A stretch of DNA of 64,000 bases, taken from positions 91,450,001 to 91,514,000 of the forward strand of contig OZ038378.1 in NCBI GenBank assembly GCA_964036045.1, written 5' to 3'. The stretch comes from Eutreptiella sp. 'Long Island Sound 2002'. Taxonomy: Eukaryota > Protista > Euglenida. A program made the translations under genes and the position numbers. The notes beneath the pieces are model-generated. The model ran no database searches, was not told the DNA's origin, and saw only the letters and a program-made list of their open reading frames with translations. Of the stretch, positions 46,875-59,639 are shown one piece after another; position 1 is the stretch's first letter, and every line of letters starts with the position of its first letter.

Positions 46875-49800
46875 AATGCTCCACCTTCGCTTGCAACCTT
46901 GCCACTTCTGCAGACTTTGTTCTCACCATCAGATCAGTGGACTTCTGTTGCGCAGCAGCCTGCTCCTCCAGAGCAGCGATGGTTTGTTGCAATGCGGCAT
47001 TCTGATCCTGCAGCTGATGGATCCTGGCACAGACAACCACATCGGGCAGCTGGGTCGTGACCTGGGTCACGTCCCAGACACCACAGTGAACCACCGGGCG
47101 CAGTGTCAGTTGAGGAGATATTTGCATGGCAGACATGGAATGTGGCATAGGTCCAACATCTGTACCTCAGAGGCACTCATTCCGGCTGCACGCGCACACA
47201 TGGTTTCCCTGGAGTTTTGACAGCTACTACACTACCAACACGCTGCAGGGGAAGGAGGTACTCATGGTGACACAGACATCAGACCCCCATCCTTCCCTCG
47301 CTGCCTCCTGGCGGTGGAAAAGGGGTCTGTCACCAAAGCCTTTTGAGGGTTTGGCAAGGGGGCTCCAAGAGACCCCCTTGTGCAACGGCGTACACCACAA
47401 TGTCCCCTTTAGATGCACATCTGTTGAATCGTCAGACAGGGTCTGACATCTCAACTCTCTGATGTTCTTGTGGCCCCCTTCGTCTCTTCTATCCACGTCG
47501 TCATGTTACTGAGGTTACTGGGGTTCAAGATACTGGGGTTCAAGCTCTCCTTGTCAGTGACCTTATCTCCATTTCCTTTCCTCATAGTTCTTCCAAAGAA
47601 TCCTACTTGGCGTCCTTTTGCTGTACCCAATCGAGCTTTTCGTCTCACACTGCCTGCTCTCACTCGCTGTTCTCTGCTGGACGGGGTCCTTCTCTTCACT
47701 TTTCCCTGTACTGCATCAAAATTCACCTACTTGACCTCTGCTGCTCGTTCCTTTCCTTCCTCCCTTCCGATGGGTTCTTGAGCCATTTGTCCAAGTAACC
47801 CAGATTCACTCCCAAGGAATGGCCAGGCTGCTGTTGGCACTATCCGCAGACATACTCTCCCCCCAGTGTACCACTGTGACCGCACCGTCCCAAGGGGTGC
47901 ACTGCTGTCAGGGCAGCCGCACTCAGCACTACTCCCCTGAGCTTCCCCCCACCTATTGGTTATGAATGCCCATGATGAACAGCAAAAGCGTTCAGGAGCC
48001 TCTGGGTAAGCAACCTTGGGCAGTCAGCCATTCCATGCAGTCACATACTGGCCTTTATCCTTCTGACTTACAGCGGCTTGTGTGACAGTCTTCCAATCGT
48101 TGGACACACCCATGGCCTTAATGGTTGTGACATGCTTCTTGTTGCCCTCCTTCAGTGACTCCACTTCCCGCTGCAGATTGCTGACATCCTTCTGCTGGAG
48201 CATGCTTTGCTCCTCCAGTTCTCTGTGGGGGAGCGTGGGGTGGAGTGCTGTGGGGCGGATGGAGGAGTTGTGGAAGGAGTGGCAGGAGTACAGTTGCTGG
48301 TAGGCCAACACACAACATGCTAAAACTAACTCAATGTCCACAGGGAATCCTCTGCGCTGTCAGCATTCATATGGCCCACTTGCTGTGTGATGAACAAAGC
48401 TGAACCCTCTGTGCAGAAGGAAATTGATATGACGTGCACATGCCAGTGGTGGAAAACCACTTGGCGAGGTAGTTGGAACCAAAGGATTGTGTAGCAATGG
48501 GTGATGGGAAAAACGGTCCTGGTAGTGGGTTGCGAGGCCATGCACCTGAGGGAACACAGGCAGGGGGGTTTGGGGCTACAGAAATGGTCATTCGTCCATT
48601 TGGCCCGCAGAAAGTGGTTTGGAGACTGTCTTAAGGCAAGAATGCTTATTTTTGGCCAAAATTGGCCTTTTTTTGGAGGGTAGGCTCCCACCTTACAGCC
48701 TGCGCCCCAGCTCAACACTCTTGAGTATTGCACTCAAAGTGGAGATTTGGCAAAGCCTCTATCGGGTCTAAGCCCCCAGACTTGCGGCAAGAGCAACACC
48801 ACTATGATACCGTAATTCATGAAAGGGAGTTGTAACATTGGCCCTTGTGCTTGTGGGTGGTGTTGTTGTTGATTGGCTGGGATTCACAGGAGGGAGCACA
48901 TGGGTAAAAAATCCAATATGATGGCCATTGCTACTTGAAGAGGTAAAACGAGGCAAACTCGTTCCCGTGGCCATTTTGGGCACAAACATGGGCATTATAA
49001 TGGCAAATAGGCAAATAGACGATGAAAATCAAAAAGAAGAACAAGACAGAGCCAGGAGCAATGGGGATTGGGAGGAACCAAAGGGTAGGTGTGGGATACA
49101 CTGCACCCACAAACGGGGTATACAAAAGATTAGTAGCTGAGGAGCAAGGGGAGCAGCCGAGCAGGGAGAGCAAGGGATCCAAAGAGAATCAATGCAGGCC
49201 CACAGACCTCAACAATTGCACCTAAATAAAGATCAAGCATACGGCACACTAAGCGGAAGGGGGAAGGGCAATGAGCAGGAACCAATGGGTAGCTATTGGA
49301 TATACCGCACCCAAAAAATTCAACTTGTCAAAGATTAGTCGCAGGAGGATCCGCCAATCAGGAGAGAAACATTGGAGGCACATAGACCTCAAAAATGCAA
49401 ATGCAGGTTGCACCCAAAAAGGTGCAATTCAAACCGGCTTGACCATCTCTCACAAACACAGACGGCATGCACTTCGGTGAGAAGTTGCCCAACCTCTGTT
49501 TGGTTTCATTTGCAACAGCTGAAGCATTGATAGCCGCAAAACCAACCGTCCAAACGTGTGGCTTGGGACAAGCAATGTAAACAATTGTATTGCCTTGCAC
49601 AATTCCACCTTGCAGAGGATTGCCCCCAACAACACACCACAAGGTGGGCCAAGTGTTTTGCCTGGGTCAATACAAATGAACTGATCACTTACAAGTGCTG
49701 CTGCTACTCTTTCGGGTTACTGCCCTGTTGCCGTTGGCATCTCGGATTCAGCTATTCCCATGATTTTGAAATTTAGAGGGTGCTCATGAGCATTGATGTG

Positions 49801-52099
49801 GGAAATGCACCGTGCAAACAAAAGTAGCACCGACAAAGGTACCTCTGCTGCTTCAAATGACCCACCTTGTTTGCGGACGCCCAATGATACTTTTCTTGGT
49901 TCTTGGATACCACGTGGCTCTTATAGTGTACCTTTGTAAATCTTTGGCATGCCTTAGCATAGTTGGGGTTGGCCTTGGTAAACTGCCCCCCTATCATTGT
50001 CAATCACCAAAATATTATCAAACTTGAAATGATATCAAGCACCCTAAATTTGCAACCCTCAAAACACTACACCCCTGTGAATGAATTTACTGGCATCGTG
50101 AAAAAGAGTTTATTTTCTGGCCAAGAATGCAGACATTGTCAATTACCTTGGGGCAGCCTTAGGTTTTGGCTTTGGCACTGCAGGTGCATGGTTTGGCTGC
50201 TCATCCTCAGGCTGCGGTCCCAAGCCACACCTGAACTCCCTCAGCTTGATCTCTGCGTCAACTTTGGCTTCTGCAAGAGCTGTGTCCTTGTGGGTGTTGG
50301 CGACCTTCAGCTGCGTAACAAGGTCTCTCAAAGGCATCCTCTCATCACTCAGCAGTTTGAGCTCGGCCTGTGAATAGCAGGTTTGCAGGGTGAAAGGCTC
50401 GTGAAATGTAAATGTGGTGCCCCGAACCAATTGAATCAATGCTCCAATTGTACATTGAAGCAAATCAAGTGTTCTGGTCTGAGCTCCGCTATGGGGATGG
50501 ATCCAACATGGTAACTTACATGCGCGGTTCAGCCTGTACCAGCGGGTCATCCCCCACCCCTCAGCACAGTGCTGAACGGTTAATGTCAACTGGTGGAGGA
50601 CATGCAAGTGTGATAGCCGGTGGCCGTGACCTCCTAGCTGCACGTTATTTCACTATAAAAGGTTGTTGGTTGGCCTATAGCTGCCACTGTGCGTTGATTC
50701 GGGCCAGGTCCCATTTTACTTTTTCCATCTGCATGGACCCCCTAACCAATGACGGCGGTCCCGGGTGCTATCACCAATTAGCCAAGATCAGCCCCCCTAT
50801 GGGGCTCCATCACTGAGGTTTTAGCCGTTTTCAAGGTTGGCAGAAAAATGTCAGTTTCAGGGAGACCACCAACAACCCCCGGGGACCCTTGGGCTGTTTT
50901 TGGGTAATCATTTGGTGACACTGGGAATGTGTATCAAGCCGGGGATTTACGGGGGTTTACAGTGCTTTTGGCCCCCGGCCCCCACCTTGTGTAAACTGGT
51001 GTAAATTTTCCTTCCTTCCTTCAAAAAAGTGAAAATTTAAGAGAAAGACGGTGTCACTCAACAGCTCAACCAATCTGAAAAACTCAGAACACAATAATGT
51101 GGAGTTTTGATAAAAAAAACTGGTGCATTCTTGGCAGGGGATGGGGGTTGTTGCGGCTGGGGTGGGGTACATACGTTAGTTTCCTTGTATGTTGTTAGTT
51201 TGCAGTGTGTGGGAGGGTGAGAGGATACATACATGGGTTACAAGGAAGAGCTACCAAATTGGTTTTGCACTTTCCTTTGTGGGGGGGCTGGGGGAGTAGA
51301 CAGAGCAGGTGAGGAGGTTAGCAGGCAGGTTACAACAAACAACACAACTACACAACACAAAAAGAAAATACAGCATTGCTTGCCGTTGATGGCTGCAAGG
51401 CCTCACTGTTTGACGCCTCGCAGCCACAACTCCAAGGCCTCGGGATCCTCCTCCATCCTGGCCTCCAAACCGTTGGCGGGCTCCACACGATGCAATGTCC
51501 AAACCTTGGCAGGGGGGGGGGGGGGGCGCAAGGCGGGCATGTGGGCTGAGCACATTGAAAACATCAACCATCAAGTGTGCATTCAACATGCACATAGCAT
51601 TTGCATTGCTTGCACTGCTGGGTATCAGTGTTACCCAGAGGCTTTGCACAACCTCTACAAGCACACGCCAAATAGCAACAATTTGGGTGCCCCTCACCCT
51701 CCACTGTGACAAAGCAATGCTCATGGAGACCCCGTTTGCATTGGGAGCATGAGCTCGTCACCCCACATAGTTTGCCGCGGCAACCGCTGCAATACGATGA
51801 ACCCAGGACTTCGATGAAGCTGCCCATGGATTGCGCCGTAGTGGAAGTGGAGGCGGCTTGGGACTGTGGGGGTTGCTGTGGCGAGGCGGCGGTGGGTGGC
51901 TTCAATGAGTACTCAAAGCCATTGCGGGGCTTGAAATTCTTTGCCACGCGCTCAATGTGCACTTGTTGCAAATTTGGGGGGGCACCTTCGGCTTTGACGT
52001 GGTGGAGGGTGGTAGTGGGAGTAGCAAATTCTTGCCACCCGGTTGCCGCTTCTTGCTTGCGTACTCAAATCGCATGACAAAAAATGTCACAACAAACAA
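46875..52099 (-). pseudogene. Multi-exon pseudogene: two PHD-like fingers plus coiled-coil exons
   Basis: The Cys/His pattern reads CSGC..CSQC..HEHC and CRGC..CKQC..HVEC..C (51564-51971). GT-AG-bounded exons lie at 50231-50367, 48072-48222, ~47460-47710 and 46875-47023; the 50231 to 48222 to ~47710 junctions are phase-compatible. In-frame stops are present. That the PHD segment belongs to the same gene is an inference. Confidence 0.55.
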
Positions 52100-54949
52100 T
52101 AATCTACAAGCTTCACTACAAGCAAGCCAATTGCTAGATGTGTAAATCTACATCTTAGAATGTGTAAAGTACTCGGGTTCGCAAACGAACACTAAAATTC
52201 TTGCGCACACACAATACACCACAATGAAAAAGTTGACACATCAAGGAAGAATTTACAAAGTTCATGTTCAATATTCACAATTCTAGACTTCCTACACATC
52301 TAACTCTACATGTAATACCATGCAAAGCAATTGGATTGCTCAATTTGTACTGAATTTACAGAAATTCACACAAATTTACGCCACTTTTTGAGCAATTTAC
52401 AACACTTTACGTTATTTGCGGCGTAAATTAGATTTGGCCCCCGCTCCCCCCAACTATTCCCCGGCTTGGTGTGTATAGAGCCATGGGCAGCCGTTTAGCA
52501 CCACCTAGGTCGTGCTAGTGGTGCTTGTTGGGCCCATAAGCAGTGTGGTGCGCAACACTTGGTTGGCCTATAGCTCCCACCGTCTCTCTTCTAGGCGCCT
52601 TGCCGGAGGTAGTACATATTTCTTGACGCCTACCGACACTCGCCACAATTTTCTTGCAACACTTGTAAGTGCCCATTGGGGTGTGTGGTGTGTATGCATG
52701 CAACAAGAATAAATGTGTAATTACTCGTCTAGGCTGCATCCCATCAGAGGTACTTTATGTTCCCAATCTTTAGGCATACCATTTGGATGCCTTGCATCCG
52801 CTAGCCAACTCCCAGCAGCCTCGCAACGTGCAAGGTGAAGAAGCAGTTGTACCATCTAGTAGAATCCACACCAAAGAATTAGCAAGGTCCATGTTGTAGC
52901 TTAATAGGCTGCGAAGCATTCCCAAAATTCCATTCCTCCGCATATAAGCGGCATAGTCCACGGCATAGAGCATGTCGATGGGACAGACCAATTAGCCATT
53001 GACAAGAATCGCTTAGCTTTTTGGCCATCAAATCCATTTCCTCTTAGTACACGAAGGGAAAACTTTCAAGATAAGATTTTTTCGTGCTATGAAATTGGGT
53101 GTTCGAAATTGGTTCAAAAATTTCCACAGAATTTTTAGGACGCCGTGCAGAAGGAAATTGTGTTGAAATTTAGCAAGATTGATGGTTGTTCAATCGCTGC
53201 TTCCAGTCATAGGTTAGCATCTGTGAAGGTGTATGCACGGGGCCCGCCGCCAGCCAATGTGTGACCCCGAGGGGTGTGCGATAGTTTGGGGGGCTGGGGG
53301 AGGGGACCCCTCCCCCCCCCTTGGTTGACCCAAACCTTGGGGGTCGGGCGGGCAGCCGCCGCCCCCCCCCCTGGGGGGGGGGGGGGTTCGGTGGGTACCC
53401 CAACATACATACCTCAAAATGATCCATGACATGCTGATCATTTTGAATATGCACAATTGGGGTAAAGAATTTTTCAAAAAAATTGCCCATCAACTCGTGC
53501 TCCCATCAGCCAAGGTCCGACCCGGAGGCCGGGTCGGGGTCAAAATCCTGTTTTGTGCTTTTCAGCCGTTTTTGAATTCTCCACAAAATTCTGAGTATTT
53601 TGAGTACAGACGCATAGGGTCGAACCAAACAGTTTCCCCTTACCGTATGCCTAAAACAAATCTCCGGCACCTCTGGCGCCCACAAAACCCATTGTTCTGT
53701 ACAACCATTTGGGGGTCTGTACAGGGGGGGGGGGATACCCCGCCCCCTTGGGATCGGCCCCCGTGGGTGTATGGTTGGCCTGTGTGGGTATGAAGTCTCA
53801 CCGTTCATCATCCCATTGTTGCACAATGGTCCACCTTTCCGGCCCCTAGGAATTGTCAGCAACCATGTGCCCACGGGCTACGAAAAGTTCCCAAAATGGT
53901 GAAAGAAAGTGTGTGTTCAATTTGCATTCCATACATGCATCATAGTTCCACCGGCAATGTATCCCCCCCCCCCCCCCGCTGAATAAAGTACGCCAATGTA
54001 CACCAAGCACCGAATACGAATATTCACGACAGTTGCCGTATGCTCAGCGGTCAAAAACAAGTGAAGACACAAAGATTTTATTATAGTAGCGCTCTACAAG
54101 GTGCTCCAAAGCCCCAATCACTTTGAAATCCTACTTATGATTGACGTTCTATGAATTTTGCACACTGCACGGCACTACATGAAGTATTTGTCATACTTTC
54201 AACATCAAATTGGATTCATGAGTCACATTGCGCTTTGCAAAGCGCTTCTCTTGAAACATCATCCGTTCAACCCTTGCCTAGGACATCTGTTACATAAAAT
54301 CAACGGAATGGTAGGTGTTAAGAAGGTGGTGACCTGGGAAACTACCATGAAGGTGAGCATTGGGAAATGGGTCCGAAAACCCCAGTATCCCCCATGGTCT
54401 ATCATCAACAAAAGGAAGTTATGGACTTGTGATAAATGCCGTCTTTTCGGATTGAGAATACCGAAGCCCTAGGTGCAACCAACTTTGCACAATAGTAACG
54501 AGAAGCTAGTTGTCCTTACATTGAATTGCGTGGATCTCCTTCAATTACAGCAATTGCTTATGCTAGTGATGCCAATGACACCACGGGCGAGATGCGAATC
54601 TTTGGCACGAGAACTTGCTAATGTGTGCCCTACATTTTCGGTGGTAAGCCCTTCGGCCACGTCTACTCTCACGGTATCTGTTTGATCGTAATTTGATCGT
54701 AGTTTGTAATTGGCATGACGGTCCCACTTCACGAAACACGGCGAAAAAATTGGCTGGGCTCCGATCCTTGTGCCTTGCACATCTTGGTTGCACTCGGCAA
54801 TGACTATATGGGGGAGCTGCATCCGCCGCTAGACACATATCTTGGAAAACAAATACCTATGGGCATTGTGGGACGTGGAACACCGCACAGTTCTCCTTCA
54901 GACACCACAATTGTTTTTGCTAAGAATGGCCCTTCCACTCAATCCCTAG

Positions 54950-55150
54950 AGACCACCAACGGCCAAGGGCCAACCACCACCAAGCCCCAACTACCACCAA
55001 CCGCTAACCGCCACCCGCTACCAACTGCCGCAAACCGCAAACCGGCAACCCCCCTCAACAATGAAATGCCAAACATGAAGTGCCGCCAATCGTCATCAAC
55101 TGCCAACCCCCAACTGCCGCCTGCCCCCAACCACCAACTACCAATTGCCG
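54950..55150. repeat. Low-complexity (AACCGCC/AACTGCC)-like repeat
   Basis: accgctaaccgccacccgctaccaactgccgcaaaccgc and similar runs. Confidence 0.7.
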
Positions 55151-55431
55151 AGTAGAGAAGTGGAGAAATTCCCGTTATCATGAAGCAAAGGGCGTCTCTG
55201 TGAATGTTCATTTCTATTGATGTGACAAACATCCTCGTTGCTTCCCTGGGGGAAGACCCCAGGGAGGCGGCTGAGGTGCTTCATTAATGAAGTGAGGAGC
55301 CTTCAAAGTTGCGATCGCTGCCAATGGATTACCGTAATGACCTAAGACAAGTCTAATGGGTTTTCAAATCTGCGATTGAGGGAATCCATGGCAATTAGCT
55401 GCATAACTTGGGTGTACTAGCTGACACCTAC

Positions 55432-55494
55432 GTCAGCGGCTAGTGGCCCCACTGTGTAAAGCGCAGACTGCCGGTTCGAGCCCCGCTAGCGGCA
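55432..55494 (+). other. tRNA-like remnant (possible SINE head)
   Basis: It has a B-box/T-arm gccggTTCGAGCcccgc and an A-box-like gctagtgg, but no full cloverleaf. Confidence 0.35.
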
Positions 55495-55899
55495 CAGGCA
55501 AGGCACCATTGAAGACAAGGGTCATTCATGAGCCACGGCGACAGTAGACATATGTCCAGTTCCACATTATCAAACAAGAAACCCAGAGACGATACAAATA
55601 CCTATTAATTTTTAACATACTAGGGTGACTCTTACCCTCGACTTCCCTTGCCAATAACTCATTGTTTTTTGGAGGCTTTGTGCATTGTCGGAAGTGAAAT
55701 GAGTTTGCGTGCATCCCGGTTGTCATCTTTAACATTGCATCTCTTGTTGTGTCACAAAATATTGCTTACAAAGGGAAGTTTGCTAAGAAGCCTAAATTCA
55801 TTAGCACCTTGGATACATTGCTCGGTTGTATGGACACAATCTATGTAATAGATTACAACCATTGGTGGTCTCTTAATAGTGGAAATGTTCCGTACATTG

Positions 55900-57620
55900 C
55901 CACGTTGATGGAGAGTATTGGGTAGTGGATGTCCTTCGGTATATTGCTACAGTGCCAAGGAGAGGTGGGTAAGGCATCTCCTTTAGCACACTGCCTCACT
56001 ACTGGGTAGCGGTGGGTACTGGACCTACTTCAATGCAGTGTCCAACTAGTGGGGAGGAGTGGGCAACGGATCCCCATTTGTAGACTACCTCATTCCTAGG
56101 GATGAGTTGGCAATGGATTTGTCCCGGTCTAGCGCCTTATTGATCCTGAGCAGTGGGCTGTGGATCTCTTTCTATACACTAGCACGTTGCCGTAGAGTGG
56201 GTAGTGAATGTCCTTCGGACCATTGCTTCATTGCTTGGATTTAGTGGGCAGAGGAACTCGGTGCGTACACTGCCACACCGCTCGGGAGCCGTGAACAAGG
56301 GATACCCTTCACTACACCGCGGCACTACTCAAGAGCAGTTGGCAGCCGATCTCCTTCAGTACATTGCCTCATTAATGGGCAGCAATGGGCAATAGATCTC
56401 CCTTAGTTGTGAGCTCAACAAATGGGGAGCAGCGGGCAGTGGATATCCTTGCATACAGGGCCACAATGTTGGGGACTACTGGGGAGCAGCCCTCTTTCAG
56501 TTTACCACCACACTATATGGGAGTGGAGGGCAATGGATCCGTGTTTGTAGACTCCCACATTGTTGGAGGGCTGTGGGCTCTGGGATTCCTTCAATACACC
56601 GCCCCACTAGTCTGGAGCAAATAGCAGCGGACCTCCTTCACTAAATAGCCTGAATGTTGGGGAGCAGTGGGTACGGGATTTCCTTCAATCTAATACCACA
56701 CTCCCAAGGAACAGTGGGCGGAGGGATCTCCTTGAATGCACTTCCGCGTTGTTGGGGAGCATGGGCAATGGATCTCCTTTGGTGCACTGGCACATTGCTC
56801 GGGGGCAGTGCCCATCGCATCTCCTGAAATGCATTGCCACATTTCTAGGGCCCTTTGGGTAGCAAATTTCCTGGTACACGGCCTTACTATTGAGGAGCGT
56901 TAGGCAATACAGCTCCTTCATGACACCACGACACATCTCAGCAACATCGGTGCATCTCGTTTAGTACAAATGCTCCTTGTTCAGCAATGGGAACTAGATG
57001 CCCTTCAATAAACTACCACCCTGCTATGGACCTGCGAGGAGTGGAACACCTTCCATACTCCGCGACAGTGCTGGCCAGCAGTGGCCAATGGATCTCGTTC
57101 AGTTTGGCGCCACATTGTTGGGGACCAGTGGGTAGTGTGTCTCCTATAGTACAAATCCTCAGTGCTTAGCAGCCGTTGGCAGTGAATCTCCTTTAGCACA
57201 CGACCCCATTGCTGAGGACCCGTACGCAGTGTATCTCCGTGAATACATCGCCACACTAATGGGGAGCACGGGGCAGATCCGTCAGCCCACCGCTCCAAAG
57301 CTCAAGCTCGAAAGCAGTGGGCTCTCCTGCTATACACTGCCACAATGTTGGGCGGTATTGGACGTTGTATTGAGCTAGTTCAATACACTAACTCATTGCA
57401 CGGGAGGAGTGGGAAGTGGATCTCCTTCGGTGTGGTGCCACACGGATTGGGAGCAACGGGCAACATATCCCTTTTAGTACAACGCCTCATTGTTGAGCAG
57501 CAATGTGCACCGCATCTCCTTCAATACAATACCCCACTGTTGGGGAGAACCGGGCCAATGAATCTCCTTTAATGCACAACCACACTATTGGGGAGCACTG
57601 GGCAGTGCATCCTTTGCGGT
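55900..57620. repeat. Highly degenerate ~46-bp minisatellite (~36 units)
   Basis: The ggatctcctt core recurs about every 46-47 bp (e.g. 56348, 56394, 56440, 56724, 56770, 56817). The consensus is near gcagtgggca.tggatctccttcagtacactgccacaatgttgggga. Confidence 0.85.
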
Positions 57621-59639
57621 AATTTAAGCCAGCAGGACACCCAATAGGAACAATCCAACCATCAATGTTCTCGTTACTTTACCTCCCATGGCACACACCA
57701 CGTCGGTACTTTGGACCTTGCCGAAGAACCACAATGAGCCTTGCGAACACGCTAGCAACCTCATCAACGGATAGAGCCTTACGCGGCACCAAGCTACGTG
57801 ATCAACCTAGGACTGCATCCCCATTGGAGCATGAAGAGCTCAGGCAACCTTAGCGACGTTGTGACCATCAGCTGACCACCTCATGGATAATGTACCCACT
57901 AGCTTGGTAGTCTTTTCACCCAGCATCAGGTTCAGCCACACAGCGAAAATTGTCTTCGCGGACACCTTCATCTCCCTCATTTGAGCCAATTGGTGTCCTT
58001 TGCAGTGGGTTTTTCTTGTTCTTCTTAGCCATGGCAACAACACGAATCCCGGATCAACACAATGCATATGTCGTCGGCTCAAACAAATTCGTAGTAGAAC
58101 TCAGTGCCAAGGGGGAGAAAACACAGTCCATGGCTCTGCCATGAACTAGGTCAGTTAATGCAACCAACTCAGATCATAGCAACTTAGGATGAGAGCAAGG
58201 CTCTTCAGCCTCTGCATAGCCAGAAAAACAGTAATACGAATAACAAACTCTGGATGCACACAAAAGACATATGGCTATCAAGTACAATGTTGATGGCAAA
58301 ACCACCATTAGCATGTTTTGACCTCCCCACCCCAACCACCACCACGCACCCCCCCCCCCTGCCCCCTAAAAAAAATGGTACCCAGGTGAGGGGGGGGGGA
58401 TTAGAGGGGTCAAATCCGGAAAATTCATCAAGGAATAACTTTGGGTGCCAAAACGATGATTTCACAAGGGGTTAGACATCCGATATCATAGATTGGGGAA
58501 TGCTATGTGGATAACCCCAAAATAGGCCAACGCTTGCGCTTGATCTAACAACCGCTCCTGGTGATCATTTCTGCCACGTGTTGGCAGGTGTCACGAAAAA
58601 TTTGCAGGTTATGGTCAGCCAACGGCAGATGGTGGCTTTCAAAGGGTTGCTCTGTCATTCGAGAATTGACACTGAGGCCCTTGAAGCTTTTCAATGGAAC
58701 TCAGACGGAGTGATTGGGATTGAGGGCCTTGGTGCCCCTTTGCTGACCCCCCCCCCCCCGAGATCTGGAATACCATGGTCATCTGGAAGCCTCATCCACC
58801 CAGGCAACAGTGAGTACTCCCATTCTGCAAGATCGCATTCTGCAGAGTACCTGCTGGCGGGCTATCTCTGCTCTGGATTTCAGTGCAGCCTCATTCATTT
58901 GCATGTTCTGAGCTTCAAGGTCTCCAATTTTGCCCTGAATAAGCAGGCATGATTTGGGCTGCAATCAATGCTGGAGCTGACTGCAAGTATGATTTTCGAT
59001 GTGACGGTGGGGCTGAGCTGTAGGCTGTAGGGCTGTAGGCTGTGAGGATAAGGGAGAACAAGAAGCCGCACAAGGCCCTGATAATTACGATCGATTGCGG
59101 AGAAACGGCAAGAAACAGATGACCTTAGAGACTGTACACCCCAGAAATTGCACGTATCCATACATTCGCTGGAAAGGGTATTAAGTCAGCATGATGGACA
59201 AGGCAGGTTTATCGAAAATATTGGAGAGATTGAAACGGGGCATTTAGGTTTGGGGTGAACAAAGCTGAATGCGGTGACACAATGAAAAGACTGTGCATGA
59301 AGGCACCATGCAGATATGCAAATGCTCTGCTGAAATGTGACAAAAATTACTTTCCCTGAACTGCAGCCAGAATGTTCTCCAAGGCTTCACAGCCGTCGCA
59401 ATTTCTAGGGAACATGGATGCTACCAGCGGATCAGCGGAAATAGGCTATGCATTGCAAACGGTGCTAGTTTGTATGACCAGGGAGGAATTGGCTGAGTAA
59501 TACCAGCCCATCACGAGAGAACACAACACTACCATGTATGACTAATCAACACCGGAGTGAGTGAGAACAGCAAATCTGTATGCCATCGTCTTCAACCCAG
59601 CGGGGGGCACTGGCGATGGTATCCTACACCCTCCACACT

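Noticed and set aside
52466-52483. gtgtgtatagagcc resembling the right TIR of B
   Set aside because: The terminal gcctaag is missing, and there is no partner TIR or family ORF nearby.
52500-52991. Possible third LINE RT N-terminus (MPKDWEH, SYRP, GKAP)
   Set aside because: The motifs fall in different frames with wrong spacing and cannot be ordered convincingly.
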